Below are positions 55,245 to 62,823 of a stretch of 64,000 bases of DNA, in pieces. A program made the position numbers and the translations under genes. Within the stretch, counting starts at the first letter, position 1. Each line of letters starts with the position of its first letter. The stretch is from the sequence record NC_014636.1, one strand, 5' to 3'. The notes below the pieces were generated by a model that saw nothing but the letters and a program-made list of their open reading frames with translations, was not told where the DNA came from and made no database searches.

Positions 55245-55248
55245 TTTC

Positions 55249-55800
55249 TTAGTCCATTTTGAGTTTAATTTTCAGAACAGCGAGACGATCTTTTGTTTCT
55301 TGTTCCAGCTCTTTACAAACGCGATCATAATATGCATTGGCTGCCATGTCAACCACTTTTTGTATGTGTTTTGATTCTTCACCAGCTTCTACAGTTACAG
55401 CAGCAACGGTAACAACCAAACTATGAGAAATGGTAATATCGAGCGTTCGACGATTTTCAACTTTGGTAGTTTCGACTTTTACACCAGAGCTTGACGCGAT
55501 TGCGCGAATATGAACATACGGATAAACTTTGGTATCAAGTTCCGCATAATCAACGAGGATTGTATTTTCACTTTCAAGAACTTTCATGAATCGAAGCGGA
55601 ACCCTACCCAGATAATTCCCATTGTGGATTCCACTCAGATCGTAATAACGAACATCACATAGATCGGAATCTTCATCTTTGCGATGGATTAGATAGATGT
55701 TTTTCGGTTCACCGACACCGCGCATAATGTCATCAACTCGGAACACATAACCTTTCTCGGTTAGCAGCTCAACGAGATAGTTAGTCGCTTTTGTAATCAT
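55249..55800 (-). CDS. Hypothetical protein
   Basis: GGAG SD. Confidence 0.75.
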   Translation of the reverse strand: MITKATNYLVELLTEKGYVFRVDDIMRGVGEPKNIYLIHRKDEDSDLCDVRYYDLSGIHNGNYLGRVPLRFMKVLESENTILVDYAELDTKVYPYVHIRAIASSSGVKVETTKVENRRTLDITISHSLVVTVAAVTVEAGEESKHIQKVVDMAANAYYDRVCKELEQETKDRLAVLKIKLKMD

Positions 55801-56189
55801 CGTTTATTCTCCAGTTTTTCAATAAGTGCATTATACAGTGAGATCGCTTCGGCTTCAACAAAATCTGGTAGATCTAGCATGTCGAAGCACAGACAACGAC
55901 CGTAGTCCCAACCCAGATTGTAAGCGATGGACTGCCACTTTGCTTTACTGCCAAACGGACGCTTGTTTGTTTTCAGAAACTCAAGCATGTCAACGGGAAC
56001 AAAGCTTTCATCGGTTTCACTGAAATCGGCATAGTAGCCTTTCAGGATCATCATGAGTCGATCAAGCTCGAAAGCTCGTGGCATACGACGATTCATGATT
56101 TGCGACCAGTAGGTTATCCGTTTAAGACCAACCGTTTTGGTGTATTCCGCATCCATTTGATTGACAAGCTTTTTCTTTCTTGCGTCCAT
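55797..56189 (-). CDS. Hypothetical protein
   Basis: Coupled ORF. Confidence 0.75.
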   Translation of the reverse strand: MDARKKKLVNQMDAEYTKTVGLKRITYWSQIMNRRMPRAFELDRLMMILKGYYADFSETDESFVPVDMLEFLKTNKRPFGSKAKWQSIAYNLGWDYGRCLCFDMLDLPDFVEAEAISLYNALIEKLENKR

Positions 56190-56443
56190 TATTCACCCTT
56201 CATTTTGGTTTCGTACTCTTCGATTTGTTCCATAGTCAGCCACTCTGGCTTAGTATCAAAACTGTTCCACAGTGCTTTCATGCCTTCGATCTGTTCGGCT
56301 ACGTTACCCGCCCATAGAGCGCGAGTGGAGCGATTGCCGAATCCAAGGAAGTATTCACAATCCGATTTCATACGACTCAGCAGCATGTATTTGAATTCCG
56401 CATCAGCCTCGCGAGTTTCGATTACTTCTTGAATATAGCACAT
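56189..56443 (-). CDS. LPD11 (large polyvalent protein-associated domain 11) stand-alone protein
   Basis: FKYMLLSRMKSDCEYFLG.GNR...LWAG....QI..MK.LWNSF..KPEWLT.E.I..YE..M. Confidence 0.8.
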   Translation of the reverse strand: MCYIQEVIETREADAEFKYMLLSRMKSDCEYFLGFGNRSTRALWAGNVAEQIEGMKALWNSFDTKPEWLTMEQIEEYETKMKGE

Positions 56444-56471
56444 GATTAAGTCCTCTCGTTTCTATGTGACC

Positions 56472-56524
56472 ACTATAGCAGGCTGAAAATCGATGTCAAT
56501 AAAAAAGGCACCCGAAGGTGCCTT
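56472..56524 (-). promoter_or_regulatory. Terminator-promoter cassette
   Basis: AAGGCACC-TTCG-GGTGCCTT (56505-56524), T-run, then ATTGAC-N17-TATAGT. Confidence 0.85.
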
Positions 56525-56705
56525 ATAGTTTAGCTCGAACAAAACAATCCTTCGCTTCGATTAGCTTTTGTAAGCCGATCTTACGTTGTTCGTTGTCCGG
56601 TAATTCCGCAATCATCTTCTCGGCTAAGTCATGAAACGGCTTAGAGAATGGTTGCAGATGTTCCGGTAGGTGTTGATAACGAAAGTATTTTAACTGATCA
56701 ATCAT
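56523..56705 (-). CDS. Small helical-hairpin protein, possibly Acb2/Tad1-like
   Basis: YF.Y.HLP.HLQ..SKPF..LA......LP.N.....GL.KL.EAKDCFVRA; start moved to MIDQLK. Confidence 0.55.
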   Translation of the reverse strand: MIDQLKYFRYQHLPEHLQPFSKPFHDLAEKMIAELPDNEQRKIGLQKLIEAKDCFVRAKL

Positions 56706-56976
56706 CTTCCCATGATCGTTTTGCATTTCGACCATCACGACGAGGACGAGATTTGTCTTTCGCCGGGCGCTCGATGTGTTCCCGTTCTTCCATGACAGAT
56801 TTGATCAGATCGTAATACTCAGCCAGAGTAGCAGCGCGTTCCGTGTCAGCTTGGGAGCTAGAATCATGTTCAGCGTGATATTCAGCAGCAGCCCGAGATT
56901 TCAGAACTACTTTACGCAGTGCATTCAGACGCTCGGTAGTGAGATTACGCAGTTTCTTTTCGCTAAGAATTTCCAT
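56698..56976 (-). CDS. Hypothetical protein
   Basis: AGGA SD. Confidence 0.75.
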   Translation of the reverse strand: MEILSEKKLRNLTTERLNALRKVVLKSRAAAEYHAEHDSSSQADTERAATLAEYYDLIKSVMEEREHIERPAKDKSRPRRDGRNAKRSWEDD

Positions 56977-57032
56977 CTTTATTTCCTACAGGTGGTTTAA
57001 CTCTATCTCTCGATAGCTTGACTTAACAAGAT

Positions 57033-57153
57033 TGGAGGGGAAGGTGGGACTCGAACCCACATACGACAGTTTGATTTCGATTTAGTTGCCGTAAAGATTC
57101 TTGACAGAATCCGCTTTTTCGACTATTGCCTATACCGATTCGGCTACTTCCCC
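57033..57153 (-). ncRNA. tRNA-like RNA 1 (121 nt) with about 50-nt insert replacing the anticodon loop; encoded CCA
   Basis: Acceptor GGGAAG/CTTCCC, D arm GCCGAATCGGTATAGGC, stem ATAGT/ACTGT, T arm GTGGG-TTCGAGT-CCCAC, 3' TCCA. Confidence 0.8.
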
Positions 57154-57170
57154 AAATTTTTAACAACACT

Positions 57171-57290
57171 ATGCTGGCGGTCTGGGATTCGAACCCAGGT
57201 TACAGGCTTAACAGGCGAGTATTTGTTGCGGAATACATTCTTATCAGAATGAATTTTACAGTGTCCTACCACTAGACGAACCGCCAGCAT
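57171..57290 (-). ncRNA. tRNA-like RNA 2 (120 nt), tRNA-Glu-like scaffold with insert replacing the anticodon arm
   Basis: 11-bp terminal stem ATGCTGGCGGT/ACCGCCAGCAT, D arm GTCTAGTGGTAGGAC, T arm CTGGG-TTCGAAT-CCCAG; no encoded CCA. Confidence 0.8.
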
Positions 57291-57300
57291 AATGCTGTTT

Positions 57301-57425
57301 GTTGACGCGATGCTGGATTCGAACCAGCGACGTTTCTCGGTGTGCCCACACTATACCGGATTCGAACCGGTCCCGATACTTCTCTGCGATCAGAGGCGCT
57401 CTCCCACTGAGCTAATCGCGTCAAC
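57301..57425 (-). ncRNA. tRNA-like RNA 3 (125 nt) with two T-arms
   Basis: 11-bp terminal stem GTTGACGCGAT/ATCGCGTCAAC, D arm GCTCAGTGGGAGAGC, CTCTG-ATCG-CAGAG, CCGG-TTCGAAT-CCGG and GCTGG-TTCGAAT-CCAGC. Confidence 0.8.
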
Positions 57426-57444
57426 AAAACAATCTTCTCATAGT

Positions 57445-57903
57445 TTACTTAGTTTGTAAACCTTTTTCTTTAAACTTTTTCACAGCAAGCATGAGGCTAC
57501 AAATAGTTGACTGTATTTCGCCACTGTCTTTCAGAATCTTGCCGTTACCTCTGGTAATCAGAGTATAAACGTCTTTGATATCGTTCTGCATGATCGTTTT
57601 GATCATTTCATCACTATATCGAAGTTGCATGGTAAAGTCTATCATTTCTTTACCGGAAATGAGGTCTACCGATAGTGTCACACCATGAACATAATCAGTG
57701 TTAACAACAACACGAACGATGCCATTGCCGTCGATTGAGATCATCGGAACACCAAGCGGACGTTCGTAATTGCGACGACACTCGGAATCTTTCTTTGCGA
57801 GATCGTCGCGACGTTTCGACTCGGCACTGACGCCAGTCAGTTTACCCTCTTCCACAATATCAGCATAGCTTTGCGGAAACAGAAACTTGATTAAAGATTT
57901 CAT
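57445..57903 (-). CDS. Hypothetical early protein
   Basis: Start moved to MKSLIK (GAGG SD). Confidence 0.8.
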   Translation of the reverse strand: MKSLIKFLFPQSYADIVEEGKLTGVSAESKRRDDLAKKDSECRRNYERPLGVPMISIDGNGIVRVVVNTDYVHGVTLSVDLISGKEMIDFTMQLRYSDEMIKTIMQNDIKDVYTLITRGNGKILKDSGEIQSTICSLMLAVKKFKEKGLQTK

Positions 57904-57931
57904 GATAACTTCCTCTCGTTTAGATGTCGCC

Positions 57932-57960
57932 ATTATAGCGACATCGGATTATCTGTCAAG
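57932..57960 (-). promoter_or_regulatory. Early promoter with inverted repeat; likely drives the tRNA-like cluster
   Basis: CTTGAC-N17-TATAAT; GATGTCGC/GCGACATC arms. Confidence 0.8.
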
Positions 57961-58298
57961 TAGAAATACGCGATAACGATAAAAACTTTACAGACAATGT
58001 GCAGCATTTGATCCGCGAACAAGTTGATCTTGTTCTTGCACTTCATGAGATCGATAATCCAGTGGCTAATAAGCTCTGCCAAACTTAGCCAGACGCTCTG
58101 GGTTACGACATATACCACGACTGCATGAGTAGATGCGTGGGCAGTGAGCCAGTAAATCCAATGCACTCCATAGAGTGGAGAGTTGACTGGATGCTTCCCC
58201 CTTGCGACGCTATCCGGTTGTAACGTGTAATCGGCAACAAAGTGGCCAATCATCAGCAGATATAAGATCTCAAACAATTTTGTCCATTTCTCCCACAA
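57933..58298 (-). CDS. DUF3307-family membrane protein
   Basis: GHFVADYTLQ, L.AH...H, SHWIID..K, DQ.LH. Confidence 0.85.
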   Translation of the reverse strand: MWEKWTKLFEILYLLMIGHFVADYTLQPDSVARGKHPVNSPLYGVHWIYWLTAHASTHAVVVYVVTQSVWLSLAELISHWIIDLMKCKNKINLFADQMLHIVCKVFIVIAYFYLTDNPMSL

Positions 58299-58530
58299 CG
58301 ACCCGATACAGGTCTTCCGGTTCTTTCAGAACATCAGCGCCGATTGTGATGCTGAATGCTGCTTTCATTGTAAAAGCGTCCGAAATGATCTCGAATCGAT
58401 AATCACCTTGTTCCAGATCTGTCCACAATTCATATCCAGCGAACGTTTCCGTCGGATGTTTGTCTTGCCAATGATGGAGCAGCATAGATGCGGCTTCGCA
58501 CATTTCCCGCATTTCTTTACAAGTCAGCAT
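58270..58530 (-). CDS. Hypothetical protein
   Basis: ORF in run. Confidence 0.7.
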   Translation of the reverse strand: MLTCKEMREMCEAASMLLHHWQDKHPTETFAGYELWTDLEQGDYRFEIISDAFTMKAAFSITIGADVLKEPEDLYRVVVGEMDKIV

Positions 58531-58792
58531 CTTTGCCCTTAACGATTAAGTAAACGTAATGACCATTTTGTGTTTGTTGCCGAGGATGAAATTCATATCC
58601 CAACTCCAACATATGACCATGATCGTTTGGACTTAGATAGTCATGTTGGTGGCAGTTGTCTTTGTCTGTGGTTACCAGTTTGTATCCAATCAATTCGATT
58701 GCGCGACTGAACTTGGTAATTTCAAGTGAATAATCAAAGGCCACTGTTCTTTCCTTGCATACGAGCGCGACAGTTCGCAAGATGATTTTCAA
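58517..58792 (-). CDS. Hypothetical protein
   Basis: ORF in run; start approximate. Confidence 0.6.
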   Translation of the reverse strand: MKIILRTVALVCKERTVAFDYSLEITKFSRAIELIGYKLVTTDKDNCHQHDYLSPNDHGHMLELGYEFHPRQQTQNGHYVYLIVKGKDADL

Positions 58793-59018
58793 TCACGCGA
58801 TCATCAGAAAACAGCTTCATATTCAGCGTGGTATAGAAGAAATCTCCTTCGCCCGCGCGAGAATGCAGCTTGAATTCCAGATCGCCATTGTCCGACATAG
58901 TTACATCATCAGCTTCCCAATTTTGATCGTCGTTCAGCTTGATTGAATCGGCATAGTTTACCAACGCCTTCTTGAATTCGTTGATGTTGTATATGAGTAA
59001 GTTGATATTAGTTGGCAT
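58734..59018 (-). CDS. Hypothetical protein
   Basis: Weakly paralogous to 59008-59259. Confidence 0.7.
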   Translation of the reverse strand: MPTNINLLIYNINEFKKALVNYADSIKLNDDQNWEADDVTMSDNGDLEFKLHSRAGEGDFFYTTLNMKLFSDDRVIENHLANCRARMQGKNSGL

Positions 59019-59259
59019 TTGCTTCTACCATTTCTTTTACGCGCTCGATATGAGACGCGATTGATTGTTGACTACGAAACAGATCGATATGCATACGATG
59101 CACCAGATCTTTACCATCATGTTCGAATCGAATCAAGAAGTTATTCTTGGTCATATCGAATCCGATATCATCTTTGATGAATCGAATGCCATGGATTTTC
59201 TCCATCGCTTCGCCGTACATTTTCACATTTGCGAAAATAAATTCAATGATGGAACTCAT
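59008..59259 (-). CDS. Hypothetical protein
   Basis: Coupled ORF. Confidence 0.7.
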   Translation of the reverse strand: MSSIIEFIFANVKMYGEAMEKIHGIRFIKDDIGFDMTKNNFLIRFEHDGKDLVHRMHIDLFRSQQSIASHIERVKEMVEANAN

Positions 59260-59260
59260 T

Positions 59261-59662
59261 TCATTCTCCGAATTCAGCTTTCAGTTGCTTGTATTGCTCA
59301 AACCGTTGTTTCTTCTCGATTTCTTTGGCGCGATTCATTCGCTCAACGTATTCCGCATCGCGTTTTACGTGGTGTTCCAAATGCTTGGCGATCTCGGTTT
59401 CGATGTCTTTGATGATATCGCTTACTTCAACACCATCGATATTAACGTCGATGCAACAAACCGCGAAGTCATCATTCCAACCAGTTTCGAACTTGACTTC
59501 CATGGTCATGTCTTCGATATCCACTTTAACAAAAGTCCACTTGACAGTCAAAGCGCGTTTGTTGCTTTTATTCTCGAACTTGTCAACGATACCGTTCCAG
59601 TTGTTTTTCAGACCTTCAACGGTATTCAGGATAAGTTGGGAGTCTTCTTTTTTGATGAACAT
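59261..59662 (-). CDS. Hypothetical early protein
   Basis: AAGGAG SD. Confidence 0.8.
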   Translation of the reverse strand: MFIKKEDSQLILNTVEGLKNNWNGIVDKFENKSNKRALTVKWTFVKVDIEDMTMEVKFETGWNDDFAVCCIDVNIDGVEVSDIIKDIETEIAKHLEHHVKRDAEYVERMNRAKEIEKKQRFEQYKQLKAEFGE

Positions 59663-59688
59663 AATGTTCTCCTTGTTTAGATATTGGC

Positions 59689-59743
59689 ATTATTACATGA
59701 CTCATACCAGTTGTCAAACAAAAAAGGCACCCGAAGGTGCCTT
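59689..59743 (-). promoter_or_regulatory. Terminator-promoter cassette
   Basis: AAGGCACC-TTCG-GGTGCCTT (59724-59743), T-run, then TTTGAC...TAATAAT. Confidence 0.8.
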
Positions 59744-59746
59744 TTC

Positions 59747-61180
59747 TTAGTAGTCGATACCGACGTATCGGTCACTCATGATCTTGTCGAGCATGATTTG
59801 CAGCGGGTTGAAGTCCTTCGCACTCAGGATTGTCTCCATGATAGAAGGGCTGAAACCGGACACAAGCGCGGTACCGTTGTCATCCTTAGTCACCGGATTA
59901 TTAGTCGGGCGCGGACACAGGTTCCAGAACACCAGCTTGGGCATTTCGTAACCAGCTTTGCGGTACTTCGCTTTGATCGATTCGAAGTTGGTTTGTTCAC
60001 CAACACCGTAACGACGACGGCTGTAACCACCATCAGCCATGTTAAATTCCATGTCAGACAGAACAACCATCATAGTCGGCATATCAGACTGGGGAACACG
60101 GTTGCGAACAGCGCGATCCAGAATGATATCGAATGCACCAGTGAAGTTGGTAGAACCACCCCACGGAGCACGACTCAGATGCTCGACCATCGCTTTCAGA
60201 TTGTCACCTTTCTGCTTGATGTTGTAGAAGCACGGATTATCATCGAATGTAATAATCTCATTCTGGAACACACCACGGGAACGTTCGCCGATATACAGAC
60301 CCAGAGAGATCGCGATATCCATAGCAGACAGACCAGCAACAGCGGTCGGACAGCTCATGGAGCCAGAAACGTCGACCATTGCGATCACGTTCTCAGTAGA
60401 ACCAGCCATCCAGTCGCGTTGTGCTTTCCATTGTGCGTCAGCAGCAACAGAAGAACCATTACGCAGAGACTTGATCATGTCGTACGGATATACCGCACTA
60501 GCGTTGATCTTGGCATCACCCTTTTTCAGAGATTCCAGATAAGCGACATAACGAGAGTTAGCGTTTTTCAGGAATGCTTTCTGATAACGAGCAGAAGCAA
60601 CAGACGGCAGCTTACCGAAGTCGATGCCATCCCATTGACGAGCACACATCTTTTGTTCAACGGTATTCGACAGACCAACGACCAGTTGACGATACTCTTT
60701 GGCAGTCAGGCTCATTGCCTTAGCCAGAATACCAGCTTCTTTGCCCTTACGAGGTGCCCACTTTGCAGCAAGACCATTACCTTTGATCGCGATAGCGTCA
60801 ACCATGATCGCAACAGCAGCCTCGCCAATCGGAGAGTCAATCATTGCTACCACGTCTTTGAAGCGACCGATTTCCGGAGTGTTCATCAAAACAACGGTCG
60901 CGTCAACTTCGTGGCGATTAGCCAGGAATTTCAGCAGACGGATGAATTGCTCACGCTCACCAGCGCCACCGCGAATATCGCGAGCCCATTGCAGAATGCG
61001 CACAGCCCAATCCGGAGATTCGGTATAAGCTTCCTGGAACATGCTAGTCAGATCTTTCCCGCGAGAGGAACCAATCTGAGAAAACAGATTCAGACACTTA
61101 TCACCGGTGGTGTAGTTAGTAACAGCACCGTTAGCAGTGCGGGCTTGAGCTTGCACCATTGCGTTCATAAAAGCAGACAT
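59747..61180 (-). CDS. DUF2828-type TROVE-like + vWA protein (Ro60/Rsr-like architecture)
   Basis: TANGA, WARDIRGGAGER, AAKWAPR, LPSVA..RY..AF, INAS.VYPYD, MIDAS DVSGSM, PWGGSTNF, LSDMEF, VFWNL, VSGFSP. Confidence 0.88.
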   Translation of the reverse strand: MSAFMNAMVQAQARTANGAVTNYTTGDKCLNLFSQIGSSRGKDLTSMFQEAYTESPDWAVRILQWARDIRGGAGEREQFIRLLKFLANRHEVDATVVLMNTPEIGRFKDVVAMIDSPIGEAAVAIMVDAIAIKGNGLAAKWAPRKGKEAGILAKAMSLTAKEYRQLVVGLSNTVEQKMCARQWDGIDFGKLPSVASARYQKAFLKNANSRYVAYLESLKKGDAKINASAVYPYDMIKSLRNGSSVAADAQWKAQRDWMAGSTENVIAMVDVSGSMSCPTAVAGLSAMDIAISLGLYIGERSRGVFQNEIITFDDNPCFYNIKQKGDNLKAMVEHLSRAPWGGSTNFTGAFDIILDRAVRNRVPQSDMPTMMVVLSDMEFNMADGGYSRRRYGVGEQTNFESIKAKYRKAGYEMPKLVFWNLCPRPTNNPVTKDDNGTALVSGFSPSIMETILSAKDFNPLQIMLDKIMSDRYVGIDY

Positions 61181-61196
61181 TCAGAAATTACCTCTT

Positions 61197-61796
61197 TCAG
61201 GTTTGTTTGAATTGATCCCAGTTATAGGACAGTTTTTCTTTCCAGCACTTGCGACAGAACGAAACATAACGTTGTTCAGCGCCAATGCAAATTTGTTCAC
61301 CACGACGAATAACGTTTCCATTATCATCAGTTCTAGCGACCATGCAGGTCTTACGTCCGCAGTCACATATGCCAGGGAGCTGGCGAGTTTCATCGGCTAT
61401 TGCCAACAACGCTCTTGAGCCAGGGAATAGATTTCCTAGAAAATCCGTTCTGAGACCATAACACATGACTGGGATTCCGAGCTTATCAACGATATCAGAC
61501 AATTCCCAGATCTGTTTTTCAGTCAGAAATTGAACTTCATCGACAAGCACACAATCAATTTTCTGTAGTTTACTCTCAGTTTCTACCAAAGTAAACATAT
61601 TTTCGTGAACGTGAACACACCGACATTCTCTTTGAATCCCAATTCTGGAACCGATTGTGTCTTTTGTTCTTGTATCAAACGCTGGCTTATAAAGCAAGAC
61701 ATTTTGACCACGTTCGTTGTAGTTATACGCAACTTGAAGCAATTGGGTACTCTTGCCAACATTCATTGAAGCGTATGTAAAGAAAAGTTTAGCCAT
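61197..61796 (-). CDS. tk: Thymidine kinase (type II)
   Basis: YASMNVGKST, VLVDEVQF, YGLRTDF.G.LF.GS, CDCGRK, Y.SFCRKC; start moved to MAKLFF. Confidence 0.97.
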   Translation of the reverse strand: MAKLFFTYASMNVGKSTQLLQVAYNYNERGQNVLLYKPAFDTRTKDTIGSRIGIQRECRCVHVHENMFTLVETESKLQKIDCVLVDEVQFLTEKQIWELSDIVDKLGIPVMCYGLRTDFLGNLFPGSRALLAIADETRQLPGICDCGRKTCMVARTDDNGNVIRRGEQICIGAEQRYVSFCRKCWKEKLSYNWDQFKQT

Positions 61797-61846
61797 TAAT
61801 CCCTCGTTTTTCGTTACTTTAACTCGCCTTCCGTGGCAAGTAAACA

Positions 61847-62191
61847 TCAGTAACAATATTTCGCTAAGAACTCAGCCTTAGGGCTAGGCATCACGTACTT
61901 AGAGTGATTTTTAGGTAGCCGATATTTCACGCCGTTGCTATAAACCAACTTCTCTAGTGTCACAGTTTCTTTGCTGTAATCACCAATCAATTTACAGCTA
62001 CCGACGTCTATGCTATACAGAGTTTCGCCTTGATACAAGAATGAAACATGAGCATTTCTATGATACCGGATTCGATTTTCTTCTGGTACGTATCGAACGG
62101 AATCGGTAGTCACTTTGCGAACTGCGAGCGGCGGTCCGTCATCACAACCGATTAACAGAAGCGAGATTAATACTACCGAGATCCGTTTCAT
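61847..62191 (-). CDS. Putative lipoprotein
   Basis: Lipobox LLIGC. Confidence 0.75.
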   Translation of the reverse strand: MKRISVVLISLLLIGCDDGPPLAVRKVTTDSVRYVPEENRIRYHRNAHVSFLYQGETLYSIDVGSCKLIGDYSKETVTLEKLVYSNGVKYRLPKNHSKYVMPSPKAEFLAKYCY

Positions 62192-62616
62192 TACAGCACC
62201 GGAACAACAGTGATCGCAGAGCTGGCGTTATCGCCGTCCATTTTCTTGGTATAGCTGACATAGACCATATTCATGTGCTCTTTGTCGTATACGCGGTCGA
62301 TCACCATAGATTTGAAGAACAGACCCTTTTTCTGAGAAAAGATGTTCTTACGGGAAGTCAGTTCAACGCCGGATTCGAATGGTGCAGACACGCATTGCAT
62401 AGCGACATCTGTCTGATCTTCGAAACTCAGAGAGCGAGACGGCAGATTCACATAACAGGTAACATTCGGATAATCCGGGTCAGTGAACACTTCCACACTC
62501 AGGGTATCTTTGAATACCAGACCAGAAGTCTCGACTTCATACAGAGTGTCGGCTTTAACTGCACCGATAGTCAGCATAGCACATACGAACATCAGACCTT
62601 GACAAAACTTTTTCAT
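62191..62616 (-). CDS. creA: CreA-family exported protein
   Basis: Signal peptide; EV.TS...D...VE.F.DPD...VTCY ... IF.Q......K...I.R.YD.....LVY.SY..K..G....SAI..VP; start moved to MKKFCQ. Confidence 0.8.
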   Translation of the reverse strand: MKKFCQGLMFVCAMLTIGAVKADTLYEVETSGLVFKDTLSVEVFTDPDYPNVTCYVNLPSRSLSFEDQTDVAMQCVSAPFESGVELTSRKNIFSQKKGLFFKSMVIDRVYDKEHMNMVYVSYTKKMDGDNASSAITVVPVL

Positions 62617-62617
62617 C

Positions 62618-62821
62618 TTAAATTTCCTTAGCAATAAGATTGCAACCAACAACATAACACGATTTGCCATTGTATTTGAATGAGACAAAATCGCGGGTTA
62701 TAGATAGATCATCAACTACCAGATTTTTAGCTGATGTCGTATGACCATTTTCATCCGGAATCCGATAATAGATATCGGAACGTTGATCTTGATAAAAGAT
62801 CGAAATAACATGTTGAGTCAT
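62618..62821 (-). CDS. Hypothetical protein
   Basis: ORF in run. Confidence 0.7.
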   Translation of the reverse strand: MTQHVISIFYQDQRSDIYYRIPDENGHTTSAKNLVVDDLSITRDFVSFKYNGKSCYVVGCNLIAKEI

Positions 62822-62823
62822 TG

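Noticed and set aside
57033-57425. Calling the three RNAs canonical tRNAs or group I intron-containing tRNAs
   Set aside because: No 7-nt anticodon loop can be formed; inserts are too short for group I introns and no clean splice restores a loop. The CTGTTAA in RNA2 lacks a matching stem.
59684-61210. 508-aa plus-strand ORF
   Set aside because: Antisense shadow of the codon-biased TROVE/vWA gene.
61181-61393. 70-aa minus-strand ORF overlapping tk
   Set aside because: Lies almost wholly within tk in another frame.
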